From positions 25,291 through 89,290 of the forward strand of contig CAKPXF010000005.1 of assembly GCA_934201705.1 (NCBI GenBank): a DNA stretch of 64,000 nucleotides. Direction: 5' to 3'. The DNA comes from an uncultured Bacilli bacterium (GTDB lineage Bacteria > Bacillota_I > Bacilli_A > RFN20 > CAG-631). Positions within the stretch are counted from its first letter, which is position 1. The number at the start of each line of letters is the position of its first letter. Under the pieces are notes generated by a model that searched no databases, was not told the origin of the DNA, and worked only from the letters and a program-made list of their open reading frames with translations. The position numbers and the translations under genes are program-made. Positions 18,572 through 28,527 of the stretch are shown here, piece after piece.

Positions 18572-20362
18572 TTATTTTAAATAAGCCGAATGTGAAATAT
18601 AACCATTAGAATTTGCAAGCAAGTTATAGTTAACTGAAAATTGTATAGCACTATGTGGCTTTATTTTCACGCTATAAGTAAAATAATCTCTTATTTCATC
18701 ACCATATTTTGTTGTTCCTAATGAAATACAATATTTTGGCTTATAGCTTTCATCTATATATCCATATTCATTTCTAATAAATGCTAATATTACGCCATTA
18801 TGCTTTAATGTGTATTTAAATTCCCTTTCGTTATCGCCTTTATTAACAAGTGTTATTGTATCAATATAATCAACCATCCAGTTACCAATATTTGCTTGAT
18901 TACCATTTCCATCAAAATGATTATAATCAATGGTTATCGGTTCTTTAGTTTCACTATCAATTGTAATATACTTTGTCATATCAGTTCCATAAGCATTAGC
19001 TACAGAATTAGGATTAATATGGGTAACCCATTTTTTATTGTCTTTATTTTTCTTACTCACTAAAGTTGGAATTTTTTCATATTTATTACCTTTATTACTT
19101 CCTTGATTATAGGCATCATTTGTAAAATTAACGCCTAATTCCTGACTGCTTGTTTTATCATTAAATTCCCAAATTAATGATGCATCAACTACGCCATGGC
19201 AATTATCATAGCCAACATATTGTGAGCCATATGTTTCATTTCCTACATATCCAGCCTCTTTAAATTCTTTAACATATTCAGTATTATTTATCTTTTGCGA
19301 TGTTGTATAAGCAAAAAATTGACCGATTGCCTTACCACCTTTTACTTCAAATAATACTGCTCCATTTGAGCAACCTGAAAAATTACTATTTACAATAATA
19401 TCTGCAGAATCAAAAACATTTATATTTCTATATGAATCTAATGTTGTTCCTCCCATAACATATATGTATTTATTTTTAGGAATTCTATAAGTTATTGGCT
19501 TTCTATTTAAAGATTCATAATTGTTAGCAAAATTGACATAGCTATTATAATTCTTTAACTGTGAGTTTGTAAGATTTGCTAATCCGTACACTCTAAAATT
19601 CACATTATAAAACTTAACCCATTCATCCTCACCAAGCCAAGCTCCTTTACCTTTTGTTTGATAGCCTAAGTTCTTAACAGTTACATAAATATCCTCATCC
19701 GATACATTAGTAACTCTATAACCATAATAATAATTTGTCGAAGCATTATTATGCTCAAAGGTAAAGAATACATCTTTATTTGTAACCTCTTGTGTTGTTA
19801 AGCATTTATTTAAATAAGATGTTGTTATTTTTTCAGGGTTATTACAATTAACGTATAAGCCTTTATCATCTATTCTTTTACTATAGAAGGTATCACTAGC
19901 CTTTAATGGATCATAATTAACGCTTTCTTTAGCTTCTGCTCTTTTTAAATCCATATCAACATCATTGTTTATAGAATAAGGAAGTTCAATATTATTTGTA
20001 AGTAAATGAACATCCAAATTAAGAATACTTGTTTCATATAGTTTCAATTTAACATAGACTATCTCATCTTTTTTTAAGGAAACTTTAGCAGAAGTAGTCC
20101 CGCTACCTATTAATTCTTTTTCGTTATTATATATATGTATTTCACTAATATCATAACTTTCAAAAAAATATGTATCATCATATGGGGCATACATTTTATA
20201 CGATACCTCTTTTAAATTATTATAGAATTCATCATTTATTGATGATAGACGGAAAGCTTTAGTATTTATAGGGTTAGTAAATTCATCTACATTAGTTTTG
20301 TTACATCCTGTAACGCTTAATAATAATAGTGCAATTAGTGGCTTTAAAAAGTGCTTTTTCAT
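18572..20362 (-). CDS. lipoprotein of an uncharacterised family (paralog of 24835..26499)
   Basis: Best start is ATG 20362 (GGAGG RBS), giving MKKHFLKPLIALLLLSVTGC (lipobox). Shares many blocks with 24835..26499 (see findings). Confidence 0.7.
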   Translation of the reverse strand: MKKHFLKPLIALLLLSVTGCNKTNVDEFTNPINTKAFRLSSINDEFYNNLKEVSYKMYAPYDDTYFFESYDISEIHIYNNEKELIGSGTTSAKVSLKKDEIVYVKLKLYETSILNLDVHLLTNNIELPYSINNDVDMDLKRAEAKESVNYDPLKASDTFYSKRIDDKGLYVNCNNPEKITTSYLNKCLTTQEVTNKDVFFTFEHNNASTNYYYGYRVTNVSDEDIYVTVKNLGYQTKGKGAWLGEDEWVKFYNVNFRVYGLANLTNSQLKNYNSYVNFANNYESLNRKPITYRIPKNKYIYVMGGTTLDSYRNINVFDSADIIVNSNFSGCSNGAVLFEVKGGKAIGQFFAYTTSQKINNTEYVKEFKEAGYVGNETYGSQYVGYDNCHGVVDASLIWEFNDKTSSQELGVNFTNDAYNQGSNKGNKYEKIPTLVSKKNKDNKKWVTHINPNSVANAYGTDMTKYITIDSETKEPITIDYNHFDGNGNQANIGNWMVDYIDTITLVNKGDNEREFKYTLKHNGVILAFIRNEYGYIDESYKPKYCISLGTTKYGDEIRDYFTYSVKIKPHSAIQFSVNYNLLANSNGYISHSAYLK

Positions 20363-20541
20363 ATATAACCTCCTCACATTAATTTTAATAATTAAAACTA
20401 TATGCATATTAATAATAATATGTTAAAATTTGTTAAAAGAAAAGATAAAAATACTTTTTACTTTTTTTTAGCAATTTTTGCCGATTAATTATTTGCAAAT
20501 GTCGTATAAAAAAGAAAAAATATATTTTATAATAAATATAA

Positions 20542-22887
20542 ATGAAAGGATTATTATATATGAGAGGTAATATTGAGGATTACATAATAACAACTTTAAA
20601 TTTTAGAATATCATTTATAAGTAAAGAATTATTTAGAATTGAAACAAAAAACTATTTAGATGAAAAAACTCAATCAGTCATAAATAGATCTTTAATTGAA
20701 AATTTTCAAATTGATTTTGAAGAAAAAAATGATACTTATATTTTTAAAACAGAAAAAATTGAAGCAACTATTTTAAAAAATGGCATTGTTAAGGAAATTT
20801 ATTTAAAAGAATCAAATACCCATGTTAGTGATTTTCATTCTTGCAATTTAAAAGGAACTGCTAGAACGCTTGATGGTGTAAATGAAGGCTGTCCTTTAAG
20901 CGAAGGAGTATGCTCTAAAAATGGTGTTGCAATACTTGATGATTCAAAATCATTAGTATTAATAAATGATGAATTATATTTACGTAAGGATTGCACTGAT
21001 TTATATTATTTTGCCTATGGAAATAATTATTTTGAAGCTATTAAAGCTTTATATCATTTAACTGGTAGTATGCCATTAATTCCTAAATATGCTTTAGGTA
21101 ACTGGTGGAGTAGATATCATGAGTACACTGAAAAGGAATATGATGAACTTATTTTAACATTTGAAAGCAAACAAATTCCTATTAATGTTTCTGTAATTGA
21201 TATGGATTGGCATTATGTAAATAATTATGCTAAATTCAGAAATGATTCTTTATTTACTAAAGAAGAATTAAGTAATGATAAGCTACAAAGAGATTATTAT
21301 GATGGTTGGACTGGCTATACTTGGAATAAAGATTTATTCCCAAATTATAAAAGATTTTTAAATTTCTTACATAAGCATAATTTAAAAGTCACTTTAAATC
21401 TACACCCACATTCTGGAATTAGAAAATATGAAGAGGCTTTTGATAATATGGCCAAAGAATTAAATATTGATCCAAATACTATTAATACTATTCCTTTTGA
21501 TATTTCATCAAAGAAATTTATTGATGCTTATTTAAAAATTCTTCATCATCCCTATGAAGATGCAGGTGTTAATTTTTGGTGGATTGATTGGCAACAAGGA
21601 ACTAATAGTAAAATGAAAAATTTAGATCCATTATGGTCATTAAACCATTATCATTACTTAGATAATGATAGAAGCAATAATCGCCCTTTAATTCTTTCAC
21701 GTTATTCAGGGCCTGGAAGCCATCGTTATCCTTTAGGATTTTCAGGTGACACATATATTTCTTGGGAAGCCTTAAATTTCCAACCATACTTTACGACAAC
21801 TGCTACAAATATTGGCTATACTTGGTGGAGCCATGATATTGGTGGACATATGAATGGAATTAAGGATAATGAGTTATATTTAAGATGGCTACAGCTTGGT
21901 GTATTTTCACCAATTAATAGATTACATTCAACAAAAAATATTTTTTCAGGGAAAGAACCTTGGAAGTATAATTTGGAAACTGAAAGAATTGCCACTAATT
22001 ATTTAAGGCTTAGAAAAAGATTAATTCCTTATCTTTATTCAATTAATTATAAAATGGCTAAATATGGTGATGTTTTAGTTACCCCATTATATTATTTATA
22101 TAAAGAGGAAGAATCTTATAACTTTAAAAATGAATTCTTCTTTGGTAGTGAATTATTAGTATCACCAATTACTAGTAAAACTAATAAGGTAACCTCACTT
22201 GCTGGTGTTAAAGCATATATTCCAGAAGGTAGATTTACTGATATATTTACAAATAGAATATATAAAGGAAAACAAATAATTACTTTATATAGAGAAATAG
22301 ATTATATTCCAGTTTTAGCAAAAGAAGGAGCCATTATTCCAACATTTGTTGATGATAGGACTAATAATATTGATAACAATCAAGATTTAGAAATATTAGT
22401 ATATAGAGGAAATAATACATTTACTTTATATGAAGACGATGGTGAAACAAAAGATTATCAAATCGGAAAATATTCATTAAGAACATTAAGCGTTAATGAA
22501 GAAAATAATACAATCACCTTTAAAATTACTAAAAATTCTAATGCTTATAATGATTGTTTATATAAACGAAATATTATTGTTAGTTTTAAGGATGTAGTAA
22601 AAGCACATGTAAGCTGTAATGTTGATTTTAAAATATTAAGAAATAAAAATAATGTTTGCGTTTCATTTAATGATACAAATGAAGATGTAGTTTTTACTTT
22701 AACTAATTATAAGGCCTTAACAAATAAAAACACAAAAGAAGCCTTAATTGATTTAACTAGTAAGTTTGAAATGCAAAACGATATTAAAAACGATTTATTT
22801 TTAAATACTATTAACACATTAAAAATTAAAAAAGGATTAGCTAAGCATTTGAGTGGCCCTATCAATGAAATCTTAAAATTAAAATAA
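20542..22887 (+). CDS. glycoside hydrolase family 31 (alpha-glucosidase/alpha-xylosidase-like)
   Basis: GH31-like blocks PKYALGNWWSRY, VIDMDWH, GVNFWWIDWQQG and FSGDT. The start could be ATG 20560 instead. Confidence 0.8.
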   Translation: MKGLLYMRGNIEDYIITTLNFRISFISKELFRIETKNYLDEKTQSVINRSLIENFQIDFEEKNDTYIFKTEKIEATILKNGIVKEIYLKESNTHVSDFHSCNLKGTARTLDGVNEGCPLSEGVCSKNGVAILDDSKSLVLINDELYLRKDCTDLYYFAYGNNYFEAIKALYHLTGSMPLIPKYALGNWWSRYHEYTEKEYDELILTFESKQIPINVSVIDMDWHYVNNYAKFRNDSLFTKEELSNDKLQRDYYDGWTGYTWNKDLFPNYKRFLNFLHKHNLKVTLNLHPHSGIRKYEEAFDNMAKELNIDPNTINTIPFDISSKKFIDAYLKILHHPYEDAGVNFWWIDWQQGTNSKMKNLDPLWSLNHYHYLDNDRSNNRPLILSRYSGPGSHRYPLGFSGDTYISWEALNFQPYFTTTATNIGYTWWSHDIGGHMNGIKDNELYLRWLQLGVFSPINRLHSTKNIFSGKEPWKYNLETERIATNYLRLRKRLIPYLYSINYKMAKYGDVLVTPLYYLYKEEESYNFKNEFFFGSELLVSPITSKTNKVTSLAGVKAYIPEGRFTDIFTNRIYKGKQIITLYREIDYIPVLAKEGAIIPTFVDDRTNNIDNNQDLEILVYRGNNTFTLYEDDGETKDYQIGKYSLRTLSVNEENNTITFKITKNSNAYNDCLYKRNIIVSFKDVVKAHVSCNVDFKILRNKNNVCVSFNDTNEDVVFTLTNYKALTNKNTKEALIDLTSKFEMQNDIKNDLFLNTINTLKIKKGLAKHLSGPINEILKLK

Positions 22888-22924
22888 CAAATTAAAAAGC
22901 TCGTATGAGCTTTTTTAGTTTGTC

Positions 22925-24664
22925 TTAATATTTAAATGTAATTCTTAGCATTTCGCTTCTTCCTGTAGTACGAAGTGGAAATCCCCAAGCTCCATAGCCA
23001 CGGGTTACATATAAAGTAAAATCGCCATCTTTATAAAGGCCATTGGTTTTTGTTGATTTATAATAATACTTGTAATATAAATTAACTAAATAATTAGCTG
23101 GCCATAATTGACCATTATGAGTATGCCCAGATAATTGTAATGTGGCATTAGCTTCTATACTATCTTTATAATCTTGAGGCTGGTGATCTAAAACAATTAA
23201 AGGTAATGAAACACTCTTATCTATAATACTATCTAAACTTCGTCTATTTTTATAAATAGCATCAAGCCTTCCTACAACTTGGACTTTATTATCAATAATA
23301 ACACTTTCATCAATTAAAAAGTTAATATTTGTATTTGCATAAAACTCTTTTACATCATTATAAGGATTATACTCATATTCATGATTTCCACTAATGGCAT
23401 AGACACCATATTTAGCTTTAATAGCGTTCATATTCTCTTTAAAATAAGAAGCATCAAGATGTTTAATTTTATTATCAAATATATCACCTAATAAAAATAC
23501 AAGATCTGCTTGTTCTTTATTTATTCTATCTTTTAGCTTAACTAAATTAATATTAGTACCTGTTGAACCATAATGGACATCACTAACAGCTACAATTTTC
23601 ATTGAATTATTGCCATTTCCTGCACTGAATCTTGTTATTTTATAATTATTTAAGTTAGCCATTCCAATACTTGAAATTATTAAGCTTGAAATTAATGATA
23701 CTAAAAGGACTAATGATTTTGTCTTGTCTTTTTTAAACACTTCTTTTTTACTAATTAAATAAGCTATTAATCTGATTAATGAAAATATTAATAATGATAA
23801 AACAAAGTAAATATATATTGCGGCAACTATAAATCCACAAGATGATAAAAATGAAATGAATTTATTTGATGATTTATGCATATAGTCAACGCATGAAATA
23901 ATAGGTAAAATTAAGCTTACTAAAAATACTATTACGCCTATTCTTTTAAACTTGTAAAGTGATTTATACAAAAATCTTGCAAATAAAACAACTATTAAAA
24001 TAAATATTACGATTCCTATCATAAATAATGATAGCTCTAATGATTTATCAAATTCATATAATTCCTTATATTTACCACCATTTTTAATAATTAAAATTGC
24101 TGTAAAAATTAAATCTAAAATAAATAAAACTAAAAAGGTAATTACAATTGGCAAATGATATTTAGAAGGAATTTTATCTACTAGCATTTTTAATAATGGT
24201 ACTATAAAGATTAAAATTATTGTACCAAGTATTCCCCAAATAGCTGCCACACTAATGCTTACATAACCAAATGATAATGGCATCATTCCATCATATGACC
24301 ATAATTTTTGACCAACTAATTTTTCAAAGGCATTTCCAACTACATATTCTACTAATGATATGCCTATTCCAATTGTAAAAAAGCAAATTATAATGTTTTT
24401 AAATGATAGCTTCGGTGTTTTGATATAGCACAAGCCAAAGAAAACACAAAAGAAATAAATAGGTAAAAATGGGCCAATTAAAAATCCTCTATCATATAAT
24501 TTTCCATTCGGCCAAGCATAATCTAGTAATGTTTCATAAAAAAAAGCGACAACACCAACAAGTAAGGCTATAAAAAATATATCAAATAGATTCTTTTTGT
24601 CAATAGAAACAAAAGGCAATCTTTTTTTGTATTGTATATCAAAGCAATTTCCGATGTTAAACAA
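22925..24664 (-). CDS. membrane-anchored metallophosphoesterase (polytopic N-terminal domain plus calcineurin-like C-terminal domain)
   Basis: About 330 aa of TM helices, then VSDVHYG, GDIFD, GNHE and GHTHNG motifs. Confidence 0.8.
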   Translation of the reverse strand: MFNIGNCFDIQYKKRLPFVSIDKKNLFDIFFIALLVGVVAFFYETLLDYAWPNGKLYDRGFLIGPFLPIYFFCVFFGLCYIKTPKLSFKNIIICFFTIGIGISLVEYVVGNAFEKLVGQKLWSYDGMMPLSFGYVSISVAAIWGILGTIILIFIVPLLKMLVDKIPSKYHLPIVITFLVLFILDLIFTAILIIKNGGKYKELYEFDKSLELSLFMIGIVIFILIVVLFARFLYKSLYKFKRIGVIVFLVSLILPIISCVDYMHKSSNKFISFLSSCGFIVAAIYIYFVLSLLIFSLIRLIAYLISKKEVFKKDKTKSLVLLVSLISSLIISSIGMANLNNYKITRFSAGNGNNSMKIVAVSDVHYGSTGTNINLVKLKDRINKEQADLVFLLGDIFDNKIKHLDASYFKENMNAIKAKYGVYAISGNHEYEYNPYNDVKEFYANTNINFLIDESVIIDNKVQVVGRLDAIYKNRRSLDSIIDKSVSLPLIVLDHQPQDYKDSIEANATLQLSGHTHNGQLWPANYLVNLYYKYYYKSTKTNGLYKDGDFTLYVTRGYGAWGFPLRTTGRSEMLRITFKY

Positions 24665-24834
24665 GTTGATACCCTCCTAAAAAATTAATAAATATATTTT
24701 ATCACAAAACAAATAAAATACAAAACGACAAATCTTCTATTTAATTGTGCTATTTATTAATTAGTTTTAAAAGTTACTTTAAATTAGTGAAATTTTTAAT
24801 TATAATTGTCTTGTAAAAAGGAGTTTTTATACTT

Positions 24835-26499
24835 ATGGATAAAATATTAAGATTTTCTTCAATTATTGATTTTTTTTCAAAAAATGATTTAGTTTTTAGC
24901 TATAATATGGAAGTGCCATATACTGATACTTATAGCGTTGATTTTAAAAACTTAGAAAGTGTTTCAATTTTAGATGATAACAATAACGAAATAATTAAGT
25001 CAAAGGAATCATTTAAAATTGATTTAGCTAAAGGGCAAAGAATAGTTGTTATTGTAAATAGAGCTACTTCAGCAAATATTAATATAAAGGTTAGTGCTAT
25101 TCATAATAAAGCTATCTTACCATATGAGCCTTATAACAAAGTTAATACAAGGAAGCTTAGAACTCATGGAAACGACAATGTAGACCCATTAACACCAGCT
25201 GATATATCTTCAGTTAAAAGGGATGATGGAAACGGCTTATATATTAATTGTAATAATCCAGAAAAATTAACTAAAGATGATATTGGTAAAGCCTTATCAA
25301 GAGTTGATATTTCCAACAAAAAGGTTTTCTTTACCTTTGAGCATAATAATTTAGATGAGCCTTTTTATTATGGCTATCAAGTAAAAAACACTGGAAACGA
25401 GGACATTTATGTTACTGTTTTAAATATGGGCTTTCAACTAGATGGACAAGGCTGTTGGTTAGGTGAAAGAGAATGGGTTGATTTTTATAATGCTAATTTT
25501 AGATATGATGGCTCTTTATGGAGCGATAAGCAAAAAGAAACATTTATAGCTTATTTTAATTTTTCAAACAATTACAAAGCTCCTCGCTATCAACCAGTAA
25601 CCTATAGAATCCCAAAGAATAAATATATTTATATAATGGGTGGTACTACTAAGGATGCTTATAAGCATATTAATGTTTTTAAAACAGCTAATAAAAAAAT
25701 AAGCGGCGGTTGCTCTAATGGGGTTGTTTTATTTGATGTTATTGGTAAGGCTGAAGGATCATTTTTTGTTTATACTGATGAAAAGCAAATATTAAATAAT
25801 AATACTCATCAAGGCTATATAGTAAATAGAAACGACCATGACTATGGCTCACAATATGTAGGCTATGATACTTGTCATGGTGTTGTTGATACAAATATTA
25901 CCTTCACATTTAATGATTTAACGCCAAGTCAGGATTTACCAGTAAGATTTTATAATTATCATGATGATGATTTAAAAGCTAAAATTGGTAAACCATATTT
26001 AAAATTAAATAGCACACCACATTTAGTTGAAAAAAAATATTGGGTAACTCATATTAATCCTCAAGAAACATATGATGGTGTTGGAACTGATATGACTAAA
26101 TACTATACAATAAATGATAAAAAAGAAGATATTTGTATAGATGCTGATCATTTAGATGGTCATGGTAATGTTTCAAATATTGGAAACTGGATGATGGATT
26201 ATATGGATTATTTCACATTTGTAAATCAAGGTGATAAGGATAGAACTATTAATATCAATATGAGAAATACTGGCTCATTATGTGTTTTAATTCGTGATAA
26301 AAATGGCAAGCTAATTAAATCATCACCAATGTTTACAATCATGATAAAACCAACTGATAAGAGTGAGGAATATTACTTAGATAATGATTTTAATTATAGT
26401 GTTGTAGTAAAAGCTCATTCTATCAAGCAATTCATTGTTGAATATAACTTACTTGCTAATTCTTGTGGCCATGTAACTCATAAGGTTACTTTAAAATAG
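24835..26499 (+). CDS. uncharacterised-family protein with no signal peptide (paralog of 18572..20362)
   Basis: AAGGAG RBS. Collinear similarity to 18572..20362 over essentially its whole length. Confidence 0.7.
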   Translation: MDKILRFSSIIDFFSKNDLVFSYNMEVPYTDTYSVDFKNLESVSILDDNNNEIIKSKESFKIDLAKGQRIVVIVNRATSANINIKVSAIHNKAILPYEPYNKVNTRKLRTHGNDNVDPLTPADISSVKRDDGNGLYINCNNPEKLTKDDIGKALSRVDISNKKVFFTFEHNNLDEPFYYGYQVKNTGNEDIYVTVLNMGFQLDGQGCWLGEREWVDFYNANFRYDGSLWSDKQKETFIAYFNFSNNYKAPRYQPVTYRIPKNKYIYIMGGTTKDAYKHINVFKTANKKISGGCSNGVVLFDVIGKAEGSFFVYTDEKQILNNNTHQGYIVNRNDHDYGSQYVGYDTCHGVVDTNITFTFNDLTPSQDLPVRFYNYHDDDLKAKIGKPYLKLNSTPHLVEKKYWVTHINPQETYDGVGTDMTKYYTINDKKEDICIDADHLDGHGNVSNIGNWMMDYMDYFTFVNQGDKDRTININMRNTGSLCVLIRDKNGKLIKSSPMFTIMIKPTDKSEEYYLDNDFNYSVVVKAHSIKQFIVEYNLLANSCGHVTHKVTLK

Positions 26500-26548
26500 A
26501 TATAGAAAAAACTGCAGTGAAACAAATAAAATTCATTGCAGTTTTGCT

Positions 26549-27142
26549 TTATATAATTCCTTTAATGCCACCATAAATCAAATTAGAAGCGAATGCAGAT
26601 ACCTCATTGATTGTAAGCTGTGGATTTTCAAACCAATCTTTTAATAGCTTTGATAAACCAGAAGCAATAAAGTCGCCAACTAGATTCATTTTATATTCTG
26701 ACATATCAATGTGTTTTTTTATTTTTCTTATAACGGCATCCTTAATTAAATCTTTAATATTTCTTGAGAAAAAACGATAAGAATTTGCTGATATTAATTT
26801 ACGTGTTAACTCATAATTACTATTAATTAATTCATTAATTGTTTCGATTAATGGAGTTATTCCAATAACGTTTGGATCAAAAAATCCTTTATTATTTAAT
26901 GACTCAAACACTTGCTCTGAAAGCTCAACAGTCACATCAAATAATATTTCTTCCATTGATTCATAATGAAGATAAAATGTTTTACGATTAATGTTTGCTC
27001 TTTCAGCAAGTTCTTTAATTGTTATTTCATTAAAATCTTTTTCTATAATCATTTCCTTAAAAGCATTTATTATTGCATTTCTTGTTTTTTCAACGCGACG
27101 ATCATTTCTTATATTCTTTCTCATATTGTCACCTAAATACAC
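26549..27142 (-). CDS. TetR/AcrR family transcriptional regulator
   Basis: N-terminal HTH ITIKELAERANINRKTFYLHY. Divergent from the acyltransferase paralog. Confidence 0.85.
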   Translation of the reverse strand: MYLGDNMRKNIRNDRRVEKTRNAIINAFKEMIIEKDFNEITIKELAERANINRKTFYLHYESMEEILFDVTVELSEQVFESLNNKGFFDPNVIGITPLIETINELINSNYELTRKLISANSYRFFSRNIKDLIKDAVIRKIKKHIDMSEYKMNLVGDFIASGLSKLLKDWFENPQLTINEVSAFASNLIYGGIKGII

Positions 27143-27268
27143 TTTAAAATTGAAAATGGTAATTATTTTCTATTTACTTTTCCTTTAAATTATAATAGTA
27201 TTATAATACACTTGTGTGTAATAAGCAACAAAAGAAACTTAATTAACAAGTAAGGGGTATATTAATAC

Positions 27269-28510
27269 ATGAATGAAAACAATAATTTAGAAACAAATAA
27301 AAAAGTTTTAAAGCCTAGAGGCTATTTAATGATACTTGAGTGGATAATTGCTTTATATTTTAAAGTAATTGGAAAAGTAAAAGTAAAAAAAGAAAACTTT
27401 AAATCATTTAAGGAGCCTTCAATTATTTTATCAAATCATGGAAGTATGATTGACTTTGCTAATGTTGTTTTAGCAATGTTTCCATATAGAACATGCTGGG
27501 TAGCATCAATTGAAGAATTTAATGATCGTGAATGGTTATTTAGACATTTAGGTGTTTTCCCAAAAAGAAAATTCACAACTGATTTATTAGTAATTAAAAG
27601 GATTACTGATCTAATTAAAAAACGTAAAATGTCAGTGACAATTTATCCAGAAGCAAGATTTTCTTTAGCCGGGGTAAATGAAGATATTTCGCCAGCATTA
27701 GGTAAGCTTGCAAAACTCTGCAAATGTCGTGTTATAATGTTAAAACAAAATGGTAATTATTTATTTTCACCTCAATGGCATAAGCATCCTTATAGAAGAA
27801 GTAAAGTTGAAGTAAATGCAATTGAAGTATTTTCTAAGGAAGATGCTATTAATTTAAGTGAAGATGAATTACAAAAGAAAATCGAAGATCAATTCCATTA
27901 TGATGAATATAAATGGGCTTATGAAAATAATATATTAATTAAATCAAAGGAAAGAGCTACCAATGTTCATAAAATATTATATAAATGTCCAATTTGTAAT
28001 AAAGAAGGTATGATGGATTCAAAGGGTATTAATTTATGGTGTAATAATTGTCATACTAAATGGGAAATGGAAGAGAATTCAACATTAAAATGCTTAAATA
28101 ATGAAGATAAATTTAAATTAGTATCTTCATGGTATAAATGGGAAAAAGAAGAAGCCTATAAAGAAGTATATAACGGTACTTATCATTTTGAAGATGATGT
28201 AAGAATTGAAAAGCTAATTAACTCAAAGATAAAATTTAAAACAATTGGTACAATTCATATGACTCATGATGATAATGGTTTTACATTTTTAGGTAAGCTT
28301 GATGATGGTACAACATTTAATTTAAATAAGGTTCCAACATCTACAAGGTCTGTCCATATTGAATATAATTATAAAGGACGTGGCGATGCTTTAGATATTG
28401 CAACCCTTGATGAAACATGGTGGGTTTTCCCACTTCATAATTGCTGCTTAACAAAATTTAATTTTACTACTGAAGCATTATTTGAAAAGCATACATCTAA
28501 AAAAGCCTAA
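27269..28510 (+). CDS. PlsC-like acyltransferase with zinc ribbon (paralog of 13037..14293)
   Basis: HX4D motif NHGSMID, YPEARFS block, and zinc ribbon CPIC...CNNC. Confidence 0.7.
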   Translation: MNENNNLETNKKVLKPRGYLMILEWIIALYFKVIGKVKVKKENFKSFKEPSIILSNHGSMIDFANVVLAMFPYRTCWVASIEEFNDREWLFRHLGVFPKRKFTTDLLVIKRITDLIKKRKMSVTIYPEARFSLAGVNEDISPALGKLAKLCKCRVIMLKQNGNYLFSPQWHKHPYRRSKVEVNAIEVFSKEDAINLSEDELQKKIEDQFHYDEYKWAYENNILIKSKERATNVHKILYKCPICNKEGMMDSKGINLWCNNCHTKWEMEENSTLKCLNNEDKFKLVSSWYKWEKEEAYKEVYNGTYHFEDDVRIEKLINSKIKFKTIGTIHMTHDDNGFTFLGKLDDGTTFNLNKVPTSTRSVHIEYNYKGRGDALDIATLDETWWVFPLHNCCLTKFNFTTEALFEKHTSKKA

Positions 28511-28527
28511 TGGCTTTTTTTTATTTG

